In this document: positions 1-8,457 of the stretch, piece by piece | Layout of the letters: every line of letters starts with the position of its first letter | Position numbering within the stretch: the first letter of the stretch is position 1 | IMG/VR virus record: IMGVR_UViG_2713897161_000003 | DNA length: 14,535 bases | Origin: a virus | Lineage: Duplodnaviria; Heunggongvirae; Uroviricota; Caudoviricetes | Reading direction: 5' to 3' (one strand) | The notes under the pieces: model-generated | The model's input: the letters and a program-made list of their open reading frames with translations, nothing else | What the model was told of the DNA's origin: nothing | Databases searched by the model: none | Program-made: the position numbers and the translations under genes

Positions 1-135
1 TCGCTCTGACTTTCCAGAACCATACGGACTGCCCGTTGACGGACTTCGGGGGAAAAACGAGTATTTTTAGTCATCCTGTTTACCTCTTTCTCAGGAAGTT
101 TAGTCTCCAGGATTCCCGGGGCGGTTCATAGCGTC

Positions 136-558
136 ATGGCCGAAATAGCCTGCCGAGCCCTTTCCCCCGCAGTGAACGATCCTGGAACCGCCATTGATGT
201 CATTGGCAGAGGTGTACGTATACTTTCCGCTTACGCGCAGAATAAATCTGATGAAATAGAAGTGAAATATCCTTCTGTACATGTTGCACCACTTCAGAAT
301 AACGATCTACTTGAAGACTTTTTCTCACCTGTTGCGCGCGATGGTGCCAGTATGAGGGAAATTCAGATAAGGGTACTTAAAGGACTGTCGATGCTGAGTA
401 AGGGTTGGCCTGGAATTTTTGCTGAAGCCGCACAAACCCTAGCATTTGAAACATTAGAGCATGCTACTCGTGCTGACCATATAGATTCTGACAGATATCT
501 AATAAAATCAATTTATTATAATTTATTTAGTGGCGAAGATTCTAATAAAAAACCATAG
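136..558 (+). CDS. Hypothetical protein, 140 aa; possibly the 3' part of a disrupted or frameshifted longer gene
   Basis: ATG-initiated ORF with no convincing Shine-Dalgarno. In-frame stops lie upstream at 7-9 and 37-39, while a different frame is open from the window edge to 131. Product not recognised. Confidence 0.35.
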   Translation: MAEIACRALSPAVNDPGTAIDVIGRGVRILSAYAQNKSDEIEVKYPSVHVAPLQNNDLLEDFFSPVARDGASMREIQIRVLKGLSMLSKGWPGIFAEAAQTLAFETLEHATRADHIDSDRYLIKSIYYNLFSGEDSNKKP

Positions 559-688
559 TTGCGGAGCAAGCGATACGGTTGTTGGCAAGTCAAGGGCAAA
601 GCATTCGCGTGAGAGTGGGCGTCTGCTTTGTGCCAGAAGCGGACATACGTAACTTATGATACGCATCGCCAATCATCCGTTTCAAACA

Positions 689-1570
689 TCAACGCGGAAA
701 CGTTTTAAGAATGTAATCCCGAACATAGGCGGTTCGGCTGTTATTAGCCGTCCTTTTGTTCCAGACCAGATAAAGATGATTAGTCGGAGCGAGGTCTGCA
801 GGTGTCACTGAAATCAGGCGACCACTTTTCAGGTCATTGTCACAGTGATAATCCGGCAGCACTGTCCACCCGTGGCCGTCACAGACCAAGTCGCGGATAA
901 TACGTAAATCCGGAATGGTGAATGTAGCCTGCATCTCAGGGGCTCTCTGAAACATGGAGGCCCAGAGCGCTCTAATCAGTGGCAACTCTTCGTCATAAGC
1001 AATCAGCGGTAATGAGGCAAGCGTTTCAGCACCAGGTTCTGATCCGATGATCTCTGACATGGCGGGAGCATGAACAAGGAGCATGCGTTCAGTCAGTAGA
1101 TGTGCATAGCCGTACAGACGGTCATCAGGCATAGATGTGGTAACAGCGAGATCGGCGCTCCCGTCATGCAAAAGGGAATAAATACGTTGCTTATTGCCGG
1201 TATGAAAGCGTAGGCGATACCCCTCCTTCATTAGTGGAGCCATTACTGTCCCAAGCCGGGAATGAATAAAATCTGGCGGTCCTGCCAGATTAATTGTTCC
1301 CCCGCGTACAGAGCCTGACCGGAAAGAGGACAGCTTTTCTTCCAGACCATCAATGAAGGGTGAAACTGAGCGGGCAAGCTCATCCGCAGCTTCGGTTGCC
1401 GTCACGCCTCTGGCCTGCCTGATAAACAGACGCTTACCAACCAGAGTCTCAAGAGACTGGATATGCTGTGACGCCGCGGGCTGAGTGATGCCCAGTAGTT
1501 CTGCCGCCTTTGAAAAGGAGCCAGAGCGATAGGCCTCAAGAAACGTTCGCAGATGGCTCAGATGGCTCAT
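689..1570 (-). CDS. LysR-family transcriptional regulator, 293 aa
   Basis: N-terminal helix-turn-helix typical of LysR regulators (FSKAAELLGITQPAASQHIQSLE), followed by a substrate-binding-domain-length C-terminus. Start overlaps the stop of the upstream ChaC-like gene by 4 nt (ATGA). Confidence 0.9.
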   Translation of the reverse strand: MSHLSHLRTFLEAYRSGSFSKAAELLGITQPAASQHIQSLETLVGKRLFIRQARGVTATEAADELARSVSPFIDGLEEKLSSFRSGSVRGGTINLAGPPDFIHSRLGTVMAPLMKEGYRLRFHTGNKQRIYSLLHDGSADLAVTTSMPDDRLYGYAHLLTERMLLVHAPAMSEIIGSEPGAETLASLPLIAYDEELPLIRALWASMFQRAPEMQATFTIPDLRIIRDLVCDGHGWTVLPDYHCDNDLKSGRLISVTPADLAPTNHLYLVWNKRTANNSRTAYVRDYILKTFPR

Positions 1571-2259
1571 AGTGAAGCGCCTCGCTGATGAAGTTTATCG
1601 TTACAGGGAGCCTCATGCAGAGCAAGGGCCAGTTCACTCACGTAATCATCCCGTATTCCCAACGCACCCAGAGTGGCCTGCAGTTTCCATACATAATCTG
1701 CATTCGTGCCAATGTCTCCACGGGCAGATGCGATGCTCAACGCTACGGTCGCTGTAAGATTGTCCTGTTCATAATGCGGATGCAGTCTGTCTGATACGAA
1801 AGCCAGCGCCTGAATTTCCTCACCGTTTCCTAGCGAAACGTCTGCCCAGACCGGACGGTAAAGACCGGTTATCATCTCGCGCGTCCAGACAATTTCCAGC
1901 TCATTAATAAGAGTCGATTCCGGCAGTCTGAACGCAATACCTTCGGTAATTCCACCTTCGTCGAGCGATAACATCCTGCCGGGGACATCAGGAGTCGCTC
2001 GTCCGGATATCAAACGAATGCAGAAACTGCGCTGCCATCCTTTCAGACGGGCCCGTTGCATTTCTTCAATCGCCAGCACGGGATTCCACATCAATGACCC
2101 GTAGGCAAATATCCAGACAGGAGCACCCGTCGGGCGCTCCTCCAGAGTAGAGTTCATTGATGCGCGTATTTTTTCAGCGTCCCAGAGCATATTCGCCGGG
2201 AGCAGCGCTTCATGCACCCTGACAAATGTGCCATTAAGCATATTTTCACGGGTAAGCAT
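1567..2259 (-). CDS. ChaC-like gamma-glutamylcyclotransferase family protein, 230 aa
   Basis: Contains the YGSLMWNP motif and overall resemblance to E. coli ChaC as recalled (VWIFAYGSLMWNP...GRMLSL.EGG...G.AFRLPE). Lies 11 nt downstream of the MFS stop and overlaps the LysR start. Confidence 0.85.
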   Translation of the reverse strand: MLTRENMLNGTFVRVHEALLPANMLWDAEKIRASMNSTLEERPTGAPVWIFAYGSLMWNPVLAIEEMQRARLKGWQRSFCIRLISGRATPDVPGRMLSLDEGGITEGIAFRLPESTLINELEIVWTREMITGLYRPVWADVSLGNGEEIQALAFVSDRLHPHYEQDNLTATVALSIASARGDIGTNADYVWKLQATLGALGIRDDYVSELALALHEAPCNDKLHQRGASL

Positions 2260-2270
2260 ATAACCTCCCT

Positions 2271-4067
2271 TTACTGGCCTACGATTTTAACCTGTTGAAA
2301 TTTACGACTGTGGCTGCGACGGATTTGTGCAAGCAGCAACAGCAGGCCGAGCAGAGAAACAATCGCACCGCTGATACCGGTATACACGATACCGGCGTGG
2401 CTTATAGTAATGCTGCCCAGTACTGATCCCAGCGCTATACCTGAGTTGAAGCCCGCAATATTCAGGCCGGCAGCAACACCATGCGCATGAGGAGCATGTT
2501 GCTCAGCGACACCAATCAGACGGGCCTGCAGTGCCGGCACTGCGGCAAATGTCACCATACCCAGCAGCGCAACCACAATGCCCATGCTCACCGGTGAGGA
2601 TGACAGCAGCCACATACCAAGCACGACAACAACAATGCCGCTAATGATGAGTATATTGGCACGATTAACCCCCATGCTGTCGGTAAGTTTCCCACCAAGA
2701 ATATTACCTACCGCAGCTGTAATACCGTAAACCAGCATAAACAGACTCACCGTTGCTCCGGTAACCCCTGTCACCTGCGTCAGAATAGGTGCGATAAAGG
2801 TGTAAGCCGTAAACGAGCCTGCATACGCCAGCACCGTAACCAGCGCGCCGGCCAGCAACTTACGGTTAAACAGCATGCCGATATTCTGCATTGCTGAGTC
2901 ACTATGTTCACCGGGCACGCTGCGTACGGGATCTTTCATACCGAACAACAGTCCAAGGAATCCGAACGCGCCAAAAGCGGCAATAGCGCCGAGAACTGGA
3001 CGCCATGAGACGACCCCCCNNNNNNNNNNNNNNNNNNNNNNNNNNNNNNNNNNNNNNNNNNNNNNNNNNNNNNNNNNNNNNNNNNNNNNNNNNNNNNNNN
3101 NNNNNNNNNNNNNNNNNNNNNNNNNNNNNNNNNNNNNNNNNNNNNNNNNNNNNNNNNNNNNNNNNNNNNNNNNNNNNNNNNNNNNNNNNNNNNNNNNNNN
3201 NNNNNNNNNNNNNNNNNNNNNNNNNNNNNNNNNNNNNNNNNNNNNNNNNNNNNNNNNNNNNNNNNNNNNNNNNNNNNNNNNNNNNNNNNNNNNNNNNNNN
3301 NNNNNNNNNNNNNNNNNNNNNNNNNNNNNNNNNNNNNNNNNNNNNNNNNNNNNNNNNNNNNNNNNNNNNNNNNNNNNNNNNNNNNNNNNNNNNNNNNNNN
3401 NNNNNNNNNNNNNNNNNNNNNNNNNNNNNNNNNNNNNNNNNNNNNNNNNNNNNNNNNNNNNNNNNNNNNNNNNNNNNNNNNNNNNNNNNNNNNNNNNNNN
3501 NNNNNNNNNNNNNNNNNNNNNNNNNNNNNNNNNNNNNNNNNNNNNNNNNNNNNNNNNNNNNNNNNNNNNNNNNNNNNNNNNNNNNNNNNNNNNNNNNNNN
3601 NNNNNNNNNNNNNNNNNNNNNNNNNNNNNNNNNNNNNNNNNNNNNNNNNNNNNNNNNNNNNNNNNNNNNNNNNNNNNNNNNNNCGCTCTGCCTGCTTTAC
3701 CCGGTCCAGCAAGACGAGCTGCGGTACTGGATGCCGCAGCCAGAAACAGGCCGTGTCCCAGACCAGCAATGAACCGCGCTAACAGGAGCTGAGGTAATGT
3801 GGCTGCAAACGCGGCCGCCAGACTACCGGCAGTAAACACAACGGCAGTTGTAAGCATTACATTTTTCCGGCTCCAGCTTGCTGTCAGCGCAGACAGTACG
3901 GGTGCCGCGAACGTTGCCCCCAGTGCATAGGTTGTAACCGCTGCCCCGGTCTGCTCCACACCCACACACAACCCCTGAGCCATAACGTCTGTCAGCCCAA
4001 TGGGGACAAATTCCGCGAGTCCGAGCGCAAAGGCACTGATAGTAAACACATAAATAACAAATGGCAT
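2271..4067 (-). CDS. MFS-family transporter, interrupted by an assembly gap; true length unknown
   Basis: Hydrophobic multi-helix translation on both sides of the N-run: 128 aa N-terminal part and 249 aa C-terminal part, consistent with a roughly 400-aa 12-TM MFS permease. The X-run in the ORF track is the gap artefact. Confidence 0.8.
   Translation of the reverse strand: MPFVIYVFTISAFALGLAEFVPIGLTDVMAQGLCVGVEQTGAAVTTYALGATFAAPVLSALTASWSRKNVMLTTAVVFTAGSLAAAFAATLPQLLLARFIAGLGHGLFLAAASSTAARLAGPGKAGRAXXXXXXXXXXXXXXXXXXXXXXXXXXXXXXXXXXXXXXXXXXXXXXXXXXXXXXXXXXXXXXXXXXXXXXXXXXXXXXXXXXXXXXXXXXXXXXXXXXXXXXXXXXXXXXXXXXXXXXXXXXXXXXXXXXXXXXXXXXXXXXXXXXXXXXXXXXXXXXXXXXXXXXXXXXXXXXXXXXXXXXXXXXXXXXXXXXXXXXXXXXXXXXXXXXXXXXXXXXXXXXGVVSWRPVLGAIAAFGAFGFLGLLFGMKDPVRSVPGEHSDSAMQNIGMLFNRKLLAGALVTVLAYAGSFTAYTFIAPILTQVTGVTGATVSLFMLVYGITAAVGNILGGKLTDSMGVNRANILIISGIVVVVLGMWLLSSSPVSMGIVVALLGMVTFAAVPALQARLIGVAEQHAPHAHGVAAGLNIAGFNSGIALGSVLGSITISHAGIVYTGISGAIVSLLGLLLLLAQIRRSHSRKFQQVKIVGQ
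3020..3683. other. Assembly gap, run of 664 N
   Basis: Uninterrupted N characters. Length may be an arbitrary scaffold placeholder. Confidence 0.99.
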
Positions 4068-4787
4068 GACTGGCTCCTGATTTAAGTAAGGAGTGCAGTC
4101 TGATTTAGAAAAACAGATAAATAAAATAATGTAAACTTCAGGCGGGATAAAATTATTTATATCTAAGGCAAAGATTCAATATTCCCACAGCACACAGAAG
4201 TTTTCTGTCTTCAGGGAGAGGAGCTTCGAAAGTTCAGACGAAAAATTCCTGCGGCCCCTTTAAGAGTCAGTTGGCCGGGTTTGGTCCGCTCCTCGCTCAA
4301 AGCGGACTAGAAGGTTAGCTTGCGTCGGACTTGGCGTATTTAAAGAAGTGCTGGTGGTGACTGGTTGTTGTGTTCCATTTCTACAGAACAAAATCACAGA
4401 AACTATACCCAATAGTTATATTGAATCAATGATGAGACAGCCTCATATTTATCAGAACTGGTGTACGTCCAATACAGGAGGTTGTCGTGCTGGTTCTCAA
4501 ATGTGCGCTAGCTATTGCGGCTGTAATGGCAATTTATTGTCTTGCTGTTGTTCTTATGGATCGCCTTTCTGATTGATTTTATATTGGCGAGGTGACGGGA
4601 GTTAAGTAGAATTGCTGCGGGTGCTTGAGGCTATCTGCCTCAGGCATGAACACCAAAGGCAGATAGAGAAAAGCCCCAGTTAACATTACGCGTCCTGCAA
4701 GACGCTTAACATTAATCTGAGGCTCAATCTATGAACGGCAAATCTAGGTTAGCCTCTTACGTGCCGAAAGGCAAGGAGAAGCAGGCT

Positions 4788-4943
4788 ATGAAGCAGCAAA
4801 AGGCGATGTTAATCGCCCTGATCGTCATCTGTTTAACCGTTATAGTGACGGTACTGGTAACGAGGAAAGACCTCTGCGAGGTACGAATCCGAACCGACCA
4901 GACGGAGGTCGCTGTCTTCACAGCTTACGAACTTGGGGAGTAA
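4788..4943 (+). CDS. hok: Hok/Gef-family type I toxin, 51 aa; an in-frame upstream ATG at 4731 gives a 70-codon mok-like reading frame
   Basis: Translation MKQQKAMLIALIVICLTVIVTVLVTRKDLCEVRIRTDQTEVAVFTAYELGE closely resembles HokD/HokC as recalled. Shine-Dalgarno AAGGAGAA lies 8 nt upstream of the ATG at 4788. Confidence 0.85.
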   Translation: MKQQKAMLIALIVICLTVIVTVLVTRKDLCEVRIRTDQTEVAVFTAYELGE

Positions 4944-5406
4944 GAGGACCAGCGGGGAGAAATCCCCGCAACCTCTGATGTATTATGCATCCTCAACGCA
5001 GCCACAGTTAACCTGATTGGCGGGTTTACTTCATCTGTAAATATTTTTATAAAAATAATGCCCACGCACAGCATAAAACAAAAAGTATTACAGATAAAAA
5101 AGGAACGTAATGTGCAGATTTGTTGTTTTCCATATTTACTCACCTTAATATGATTAACCCTGATAGGGTTGTTATTTCAGCGGTTTTCAAATGAGATATT
5201 ATGGTGATCTGACAAATTTGCATAACATTAAAATTTAATTTGTTTAACCGCTTTTAATAATAAGCGTTGTTTGTATCCCAGCAATCTGTTGTTTGGTTTT
5301 TATTCCATTAAGGTGGGGGCTTTACACTGGAACCAGTTTATTTATACTTTATACGTCAGCCTGAACAACTGGCATCTGCTGCACTGCGCCATCGAGAGAT
5401 TGAGAA

Positions 5407-6006
5407 ATGGCGCATATACAACTGGTCAAACAAACTTCTTCTGGTTTACTTCTCCCGGCGACGCCGGAGAGTTGCGATTTTCTGCATCAAATCAAAATAG
5501 GTGAGTGGATACACGTAGACTTTAAGCGTGTGCGTAACTACGCATTCCACAAGCGTTTTTTCAAACTCCTGCAACTGGGATTCGATTACTGGACTCCGGT
5601 CGGTGGGGCGATCACGCCTCGCGAACGAGAACTGCTGTCTGGTTTCGTTGATTACCTGTGCGAATCAGTTGGTCGGGAACACACGCCAGCCCTGAGTGAT
5701 GCCGCAGAGCAATACCTTAACACCGTTGCGACTCGTAGAACCCGGGATACGGCGTTGCTAAAGTCGTTTGAGGCTTTCCGCGAGTGGGTAACCATTCAGG
5801 CCGGATTTTACACCGAGCATATTTATCCGGACGGTAGCCGTGGGCGTCGGGCAAAATCCATCGCTTTTGCGAATATGGACGAAGTCGAGTTTCAGCAGGT
5901 TTATAAATCTGTACTGAATGTGCTGTGGAACTGGATTCTGTTCCGTAAATTCTCCTCTCAGGAGGAAGTTGAAAATGTGGCCGCACAACTACTGGAGTTT
6001 GCGTAA
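5407..6006 (+). CDS. Phage nin-region protein, 199 aa (DUF1367-like, assigned from memory)
   Basis: Long ORF in the early-right orientation immediately upstream of the ybcO-like gene. Its stop overlaps the next start (TAATG), indicating translational coupling. Confidence 0.7.
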   Translation: MAHIQLVKQTSSGLLLPATPESCDFLHQIKIGEWIHVDFKRVRNYAFHKRFFKLLQLGFDYWTPVGGAITPRERELLSGFVDYLCESVGREHTPALSDAAEQYLNTVATRRTRDTALLKSFEAFREWVTIQAGFYTEHIYPDGSRGRRAKSIAFANMDEVEFQQVYKSVLNVLWNWILFRKFSSQEEVENVAAQLLEFA

Positions 6007-6473
6007 TGGTGAATTTACGTAAAGCGGCTAAAGGCCAGATGTGCCAGATCAGAATCCCTGGCTACTGCAATCACAATCCCGAAACCTCTGTGCTGGCGCA
6101 TTACAGGCTGGCGGGGACGTGCGGAACAGCGACAAAACCACACGATATGCAGGCGGCGATAGCCTGTAGCTCATGCCACGATCTAATCGACGGGCGGGTA
6201 AAAACCAGCGATTACACCAAAGAAGAATTGCGCCTGATGCATGCTGAAGGGGTTTTCGCACACAAGAAATCTGGAGAAAGAAAGGTCATTTATGATTTAC
6301 CCAACGAATACAGGAAAAAGCGGAGAACACCTTCGCCTCACCACGCTGGAAAGTGTCTGGATTCAGGGAAAACTACGTATGTGGGGGCGCTGGTCGTATA
6401 TTGGCGGTGGCAGGTCAGGGAATATGTTCAATCAGTTGTTGGCATCCAAAAAACTGACGAAAACAGCCATTAA
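6006..6473 (+). CDS. YbcO-like phage protein (DUF1364, putative nuclease) with an atypical ~60-aa C-terminal extension
   Basis: The first ~90 aa (LRKAAKGQMCQIRIPGYCNHNPETSVLAH...ACSSCHD) match the Cys-rich prophage YbcO family as recalled, which is ~96 aa. This ORF runs to 155 aa and overlaps the Q gene in another frame. Confidence 0.65.
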   Translation: MVNLRKAAKGQMCQIRIPGYCNHNPETSVLAHYRLAGTCGTATKPHDMQAAIACSSCHDLIDGRVKTSDYTKEELRLMHAEGVFAHKKSGERKVIYDLPNEYRKKRRTPSPHHAGKCLDSGKTTYVGALVVYWRWQVREYVQSVVGIQKTDENSH

Positions 6474-6834
6474 TGAAGCCCTGCGCAGAATGAAAAAAGC
6501 GGGAATAGAGAAAGCTGAGCTGGAAGCGTTTTTGCGAGAGATGATCAACGGCAAGCAAAAGAGCTGGCTGGCGCATTGTACTGATGCAGAGGCGTTATGT
6601 ATTGATCGAGTCATAAGTGAGGTGCTGGCAGAGCATCCAGGATTGATTTGCATTCTCCGGCAACGCTATGAAGGGCGGGGGATGACTAAGCGCAAAATGG
6701 CTGAATTGCTAAATGATGCACACCCAGAGTGGTGTTTTAGCACATGCGAAAAACGGATTGCTAATTGGTTAGCTGTTGCTGAGTATGCCCTATATATTCC
6801 CATGCGTGAATCATTTGCTGAGAAAATGGCTTGA
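6292..6834 (+). CDS. Late-gene antiterminator Q (21/82-type family), 180 aa from the ATG at 6292; the ORF track offers an alternative start at 6241
   Basis: N-terminal LESVWIQGKLRMWGRWSY motif resembles the Q-antiterminator family. Positioned immediately upstream of a short terminated leader and the lysis genes. GGAGAAAGAAAGG lies upstream of the ATG at 6292. Confidence 0.75.
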   Translation: MIYPTNTGKSGEHLRLTTLESVWIQGKLRMWGRWSYIGGGRSGNMFNQLLASKKLTKTAINEALRRMKKAGIEKAELEAFLREMINGKQKSWLAHCTDAEALCIDRVISEVLAEHPGLICILRQRYEGRGMTKRKMAELLNDAHPEWCFSTCEKRIANWLAVAEYALYIPMRESFAEKMA

Positions 6835-6914
6835 TTTCTTACGTATAAACTGCTTCAATTTTGCTATGCTTCGTAAAGCTGTATCGCGAGGCGGATTGCA
6901 GACATGGACATCGT

Positions 6915-6941
6915 AAAAAAACCGCTTAATGCGGTTTTTTT
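6915..6941 (+). terminator. Intrinsic terminator, tR'-like, ~80 nt downstream of Q
   Basis: AAAAAACCGC / TTAAT loop / GCGGTTTTTT hairpin followed by a T-run. A possible extended -10 (TGcTATGCT, 6862-6870) lies upstream, giving the short-leader arrangement expected of a Q-modified late promoter. Confidence 0.6.
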
Positions 6942-7878
6942 ACGTCAGGAAAGCAGGGGAGAATGCTGCTAGTTGGGCAACTGGTCTTTCTGCTCCAAAT
7001 TATAACAGAGACCAGTTATAGTTTCGGTGCTGTGTTTTTTTTACAATATTGTGATAACACATTGCTGGCGGGAGTTTTGATATTTCTTGGCAGGGGCTGA
7101 TGATGCGTTATCCTGATGTCGTCAACTCATATAAAATGAGATGAGAGATCATTGCAGGGTGGTTTGTAATTCGCTGTTTAGCGGGACAATATGTTGTCTG
7201 ATACAAGACACCCGACGCCTCAGATTACTATAATAAAGATGAAGCATCCTTTGTATTGACCAACCACCTGTTTAGGCGGTTCTTTTTGGGCTGGTTTATT
7301 GTATGCAAAATGATTATTAAAAAGGTTGTGTTAATAACAAAATCCGAAATAATATGCCTGCATATTTTTATCTTGCTTATATTCTGCATATTGTGCATAG
7401 CAGGCTCATCCCTGCAATCAAAACTGTATGATGAGTATTTTTTGTTTTCCTTTTTTCCAGTCATCTGATGATGACCTGCTTCTTTTTAATCCGGATCGAC
7501 ATCAGTTTTTTAAGATAATTCCTGCGAGTTATATGCATAAATGCCACAAACTCCGCATTTTATGTGGTTGGGAGTTGCCGGGCGCGCAGTGAGTTTGCTA
7601 AGAAAACTCCTGCATGGTGAATCCCCCTGTGCGGTGGGGTGATACCATTAACCTTTTCTGTCGCCGACAGGTATCACGAACATTTTGTTCACCGGGAGGC
7701 ACCCGGCACCATGCACTTCAATAGATTCTCTCCACATTATGGATATTCTTTCAGAATATCCCACGCAGACTTTGTGTAAATGTTAACAAATGTGCGTTTT
7801 ATTTGATCTGATTCGCTGTTTGAGCGTCCAAAACAACGGTATATATAATCCTTTACTATATGACATATGTGAGGAAAA

Positions 7879-8307
7879 ATGGGTTTTCGTAGCGCATCAA
7901 TTCCTACGTTGATTATTAGTGGGATTATTATCGGGTGCACTGATGCTGTATCGACAAATTATCATGACCGTACATCATATTACTCCGATAAAGCAATAGA
8001 GACACAGTATGTGAGTTCATCTGAACGTACTTCTGATGTTAGTGAGGATATCCGTCTGTATGCCCATCAAATCAAGAGCGCCATCGAAAAACAGTTCGGG
8101 GATGCGAGTAAGTATTCAGGAAAAGAGTGTACACTGAGAATGCATATGGCCCCGAATGGCCTTCTACTGGAGGTTAAAAGAGAAAGTGGAGACCTCGATT
8201 TATGTCGTGAAGCGATGAATGCGATAAAGAATGCTGATATACCTGCCCCCCCTTCGCCGGAAGTATATAAAGTATTTCAAAATGGGGTGCTGGATTTTAA
8301 ACCCTGA
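7879..8307 (+). CDS. Lipoprotein with TolA C-terminal (domain III)-like domain, 142 aa
   Basis: Signal peptide with lipobox IIGC and Thr at +2. The C-terminal ~85 aa (YAHQIKSAIEKQFGDASKYSGKECTLRMHMAPNGLLLEVKRESGDLDLCREAMNAIKNADIPAPPSPEVYKVFQNGVLDFKP) closely parallel the C-terminus of E. coli TolA as recalled, including two Cys spaced 25 residues apart. Shine-Dalgarno GAGG precedes the ATG. Confidence 0.8.
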   Translation: MGFRSASIPTLIISGIIIGCTDAVSTNYHDRTSYYSDKAIETQYVSSSERTSDVSEDIRLYAHQIKSAIEKQFGDASKYSGKECTLRMHMAPNGLLLEVKRESGDLDLCREAMNAIKNADIPAPPSPEVYKVFQNGVLDFKP

Positions 8308-8457
8308 TATTTATTGTTTTGTAATAAACGGTTTCGGCTTAGGTTTGTTCTGACACAGCTACGGCACTGAGCTAAATTTAGCGGATAGTCAGCTCTGAGC
8401 CAGTGGCGGACGTAACAACTACTATTGCTGAGATTTTAATGGATTGAGGAGCAAGAA

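Noticed and set aside
100-282. 60-aa minus-strand ORF overlapping the start of the 140-aa ORF
   Set aside because: No ribosome-binding site or recognisable product; likely chance ORF.
1572-1794. Small plus-strand ORFs (61 and 68 aa) antisense to the ChaC-like gene
   Set aside because: Entirely inside a well-supported minus-strand gene, no ribosome-binding sites, typical antisense shadow ORFs.
2875-3792. Three ORFs (2875-3792 +, 2936-3769 -, 3005-3772 +) whose translations are mostly X
   Set aside because: They are artefacts of translating through the N-run assembly gap, with no real sequence support.
4348-4572. 74-codon Cys-rich ORF (10 Cys) as a candidate bacteriocin or microcin-like peptide
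   Set aside because: GTG start with weak ribosome-binding site, no signal or leader features I can recognise, and it lies in the junction/promoter region. Kept only as a minor note in a finding.
4925-5143. 72-aa minus-strand ORF overlapping the hok 3' end
   Set aside because: Overlaps the hok stop and structured 3' region on the opposite strand; AT-rich chance ORF.
5271-5504. 77-aa ORF overlapping the start of the nin-region gene
   Set aside because: Different frame from the better-supported 199-aa gene and no ribosome-binding site.
5717-6653. Minus-strand ORFs 5717-5986, 5758-5988, 6049-6261 and 6432-6653
   Set aside because: All lie antisense within the co-directional nin/ybcO/Q gene block.
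7228-7468. Overlapping 78-aa (-) and 70-aa (+) ORFs in the AT-rich region
   Set aside because: Mutually overlapping on opposite strands, low-complexity hydrophobic translations, no ribosome-binding sites. Region treated as noncoding or regulatory.
6943-7878. tRNA genes between Q and the lysis genes, as seen in Stx phages
   Set aside because: No T-loop (GGTTCGAATCC-like) or D-loop signatures found by eye; needs a tRNA scanner to confirm absence.
7737-7940. 67-aa minus-strand ORF overlapping the start of the first lipoprotein gene
   Set aside because: Antisense to a gene with a strong ribosome-binding site and clear homology.
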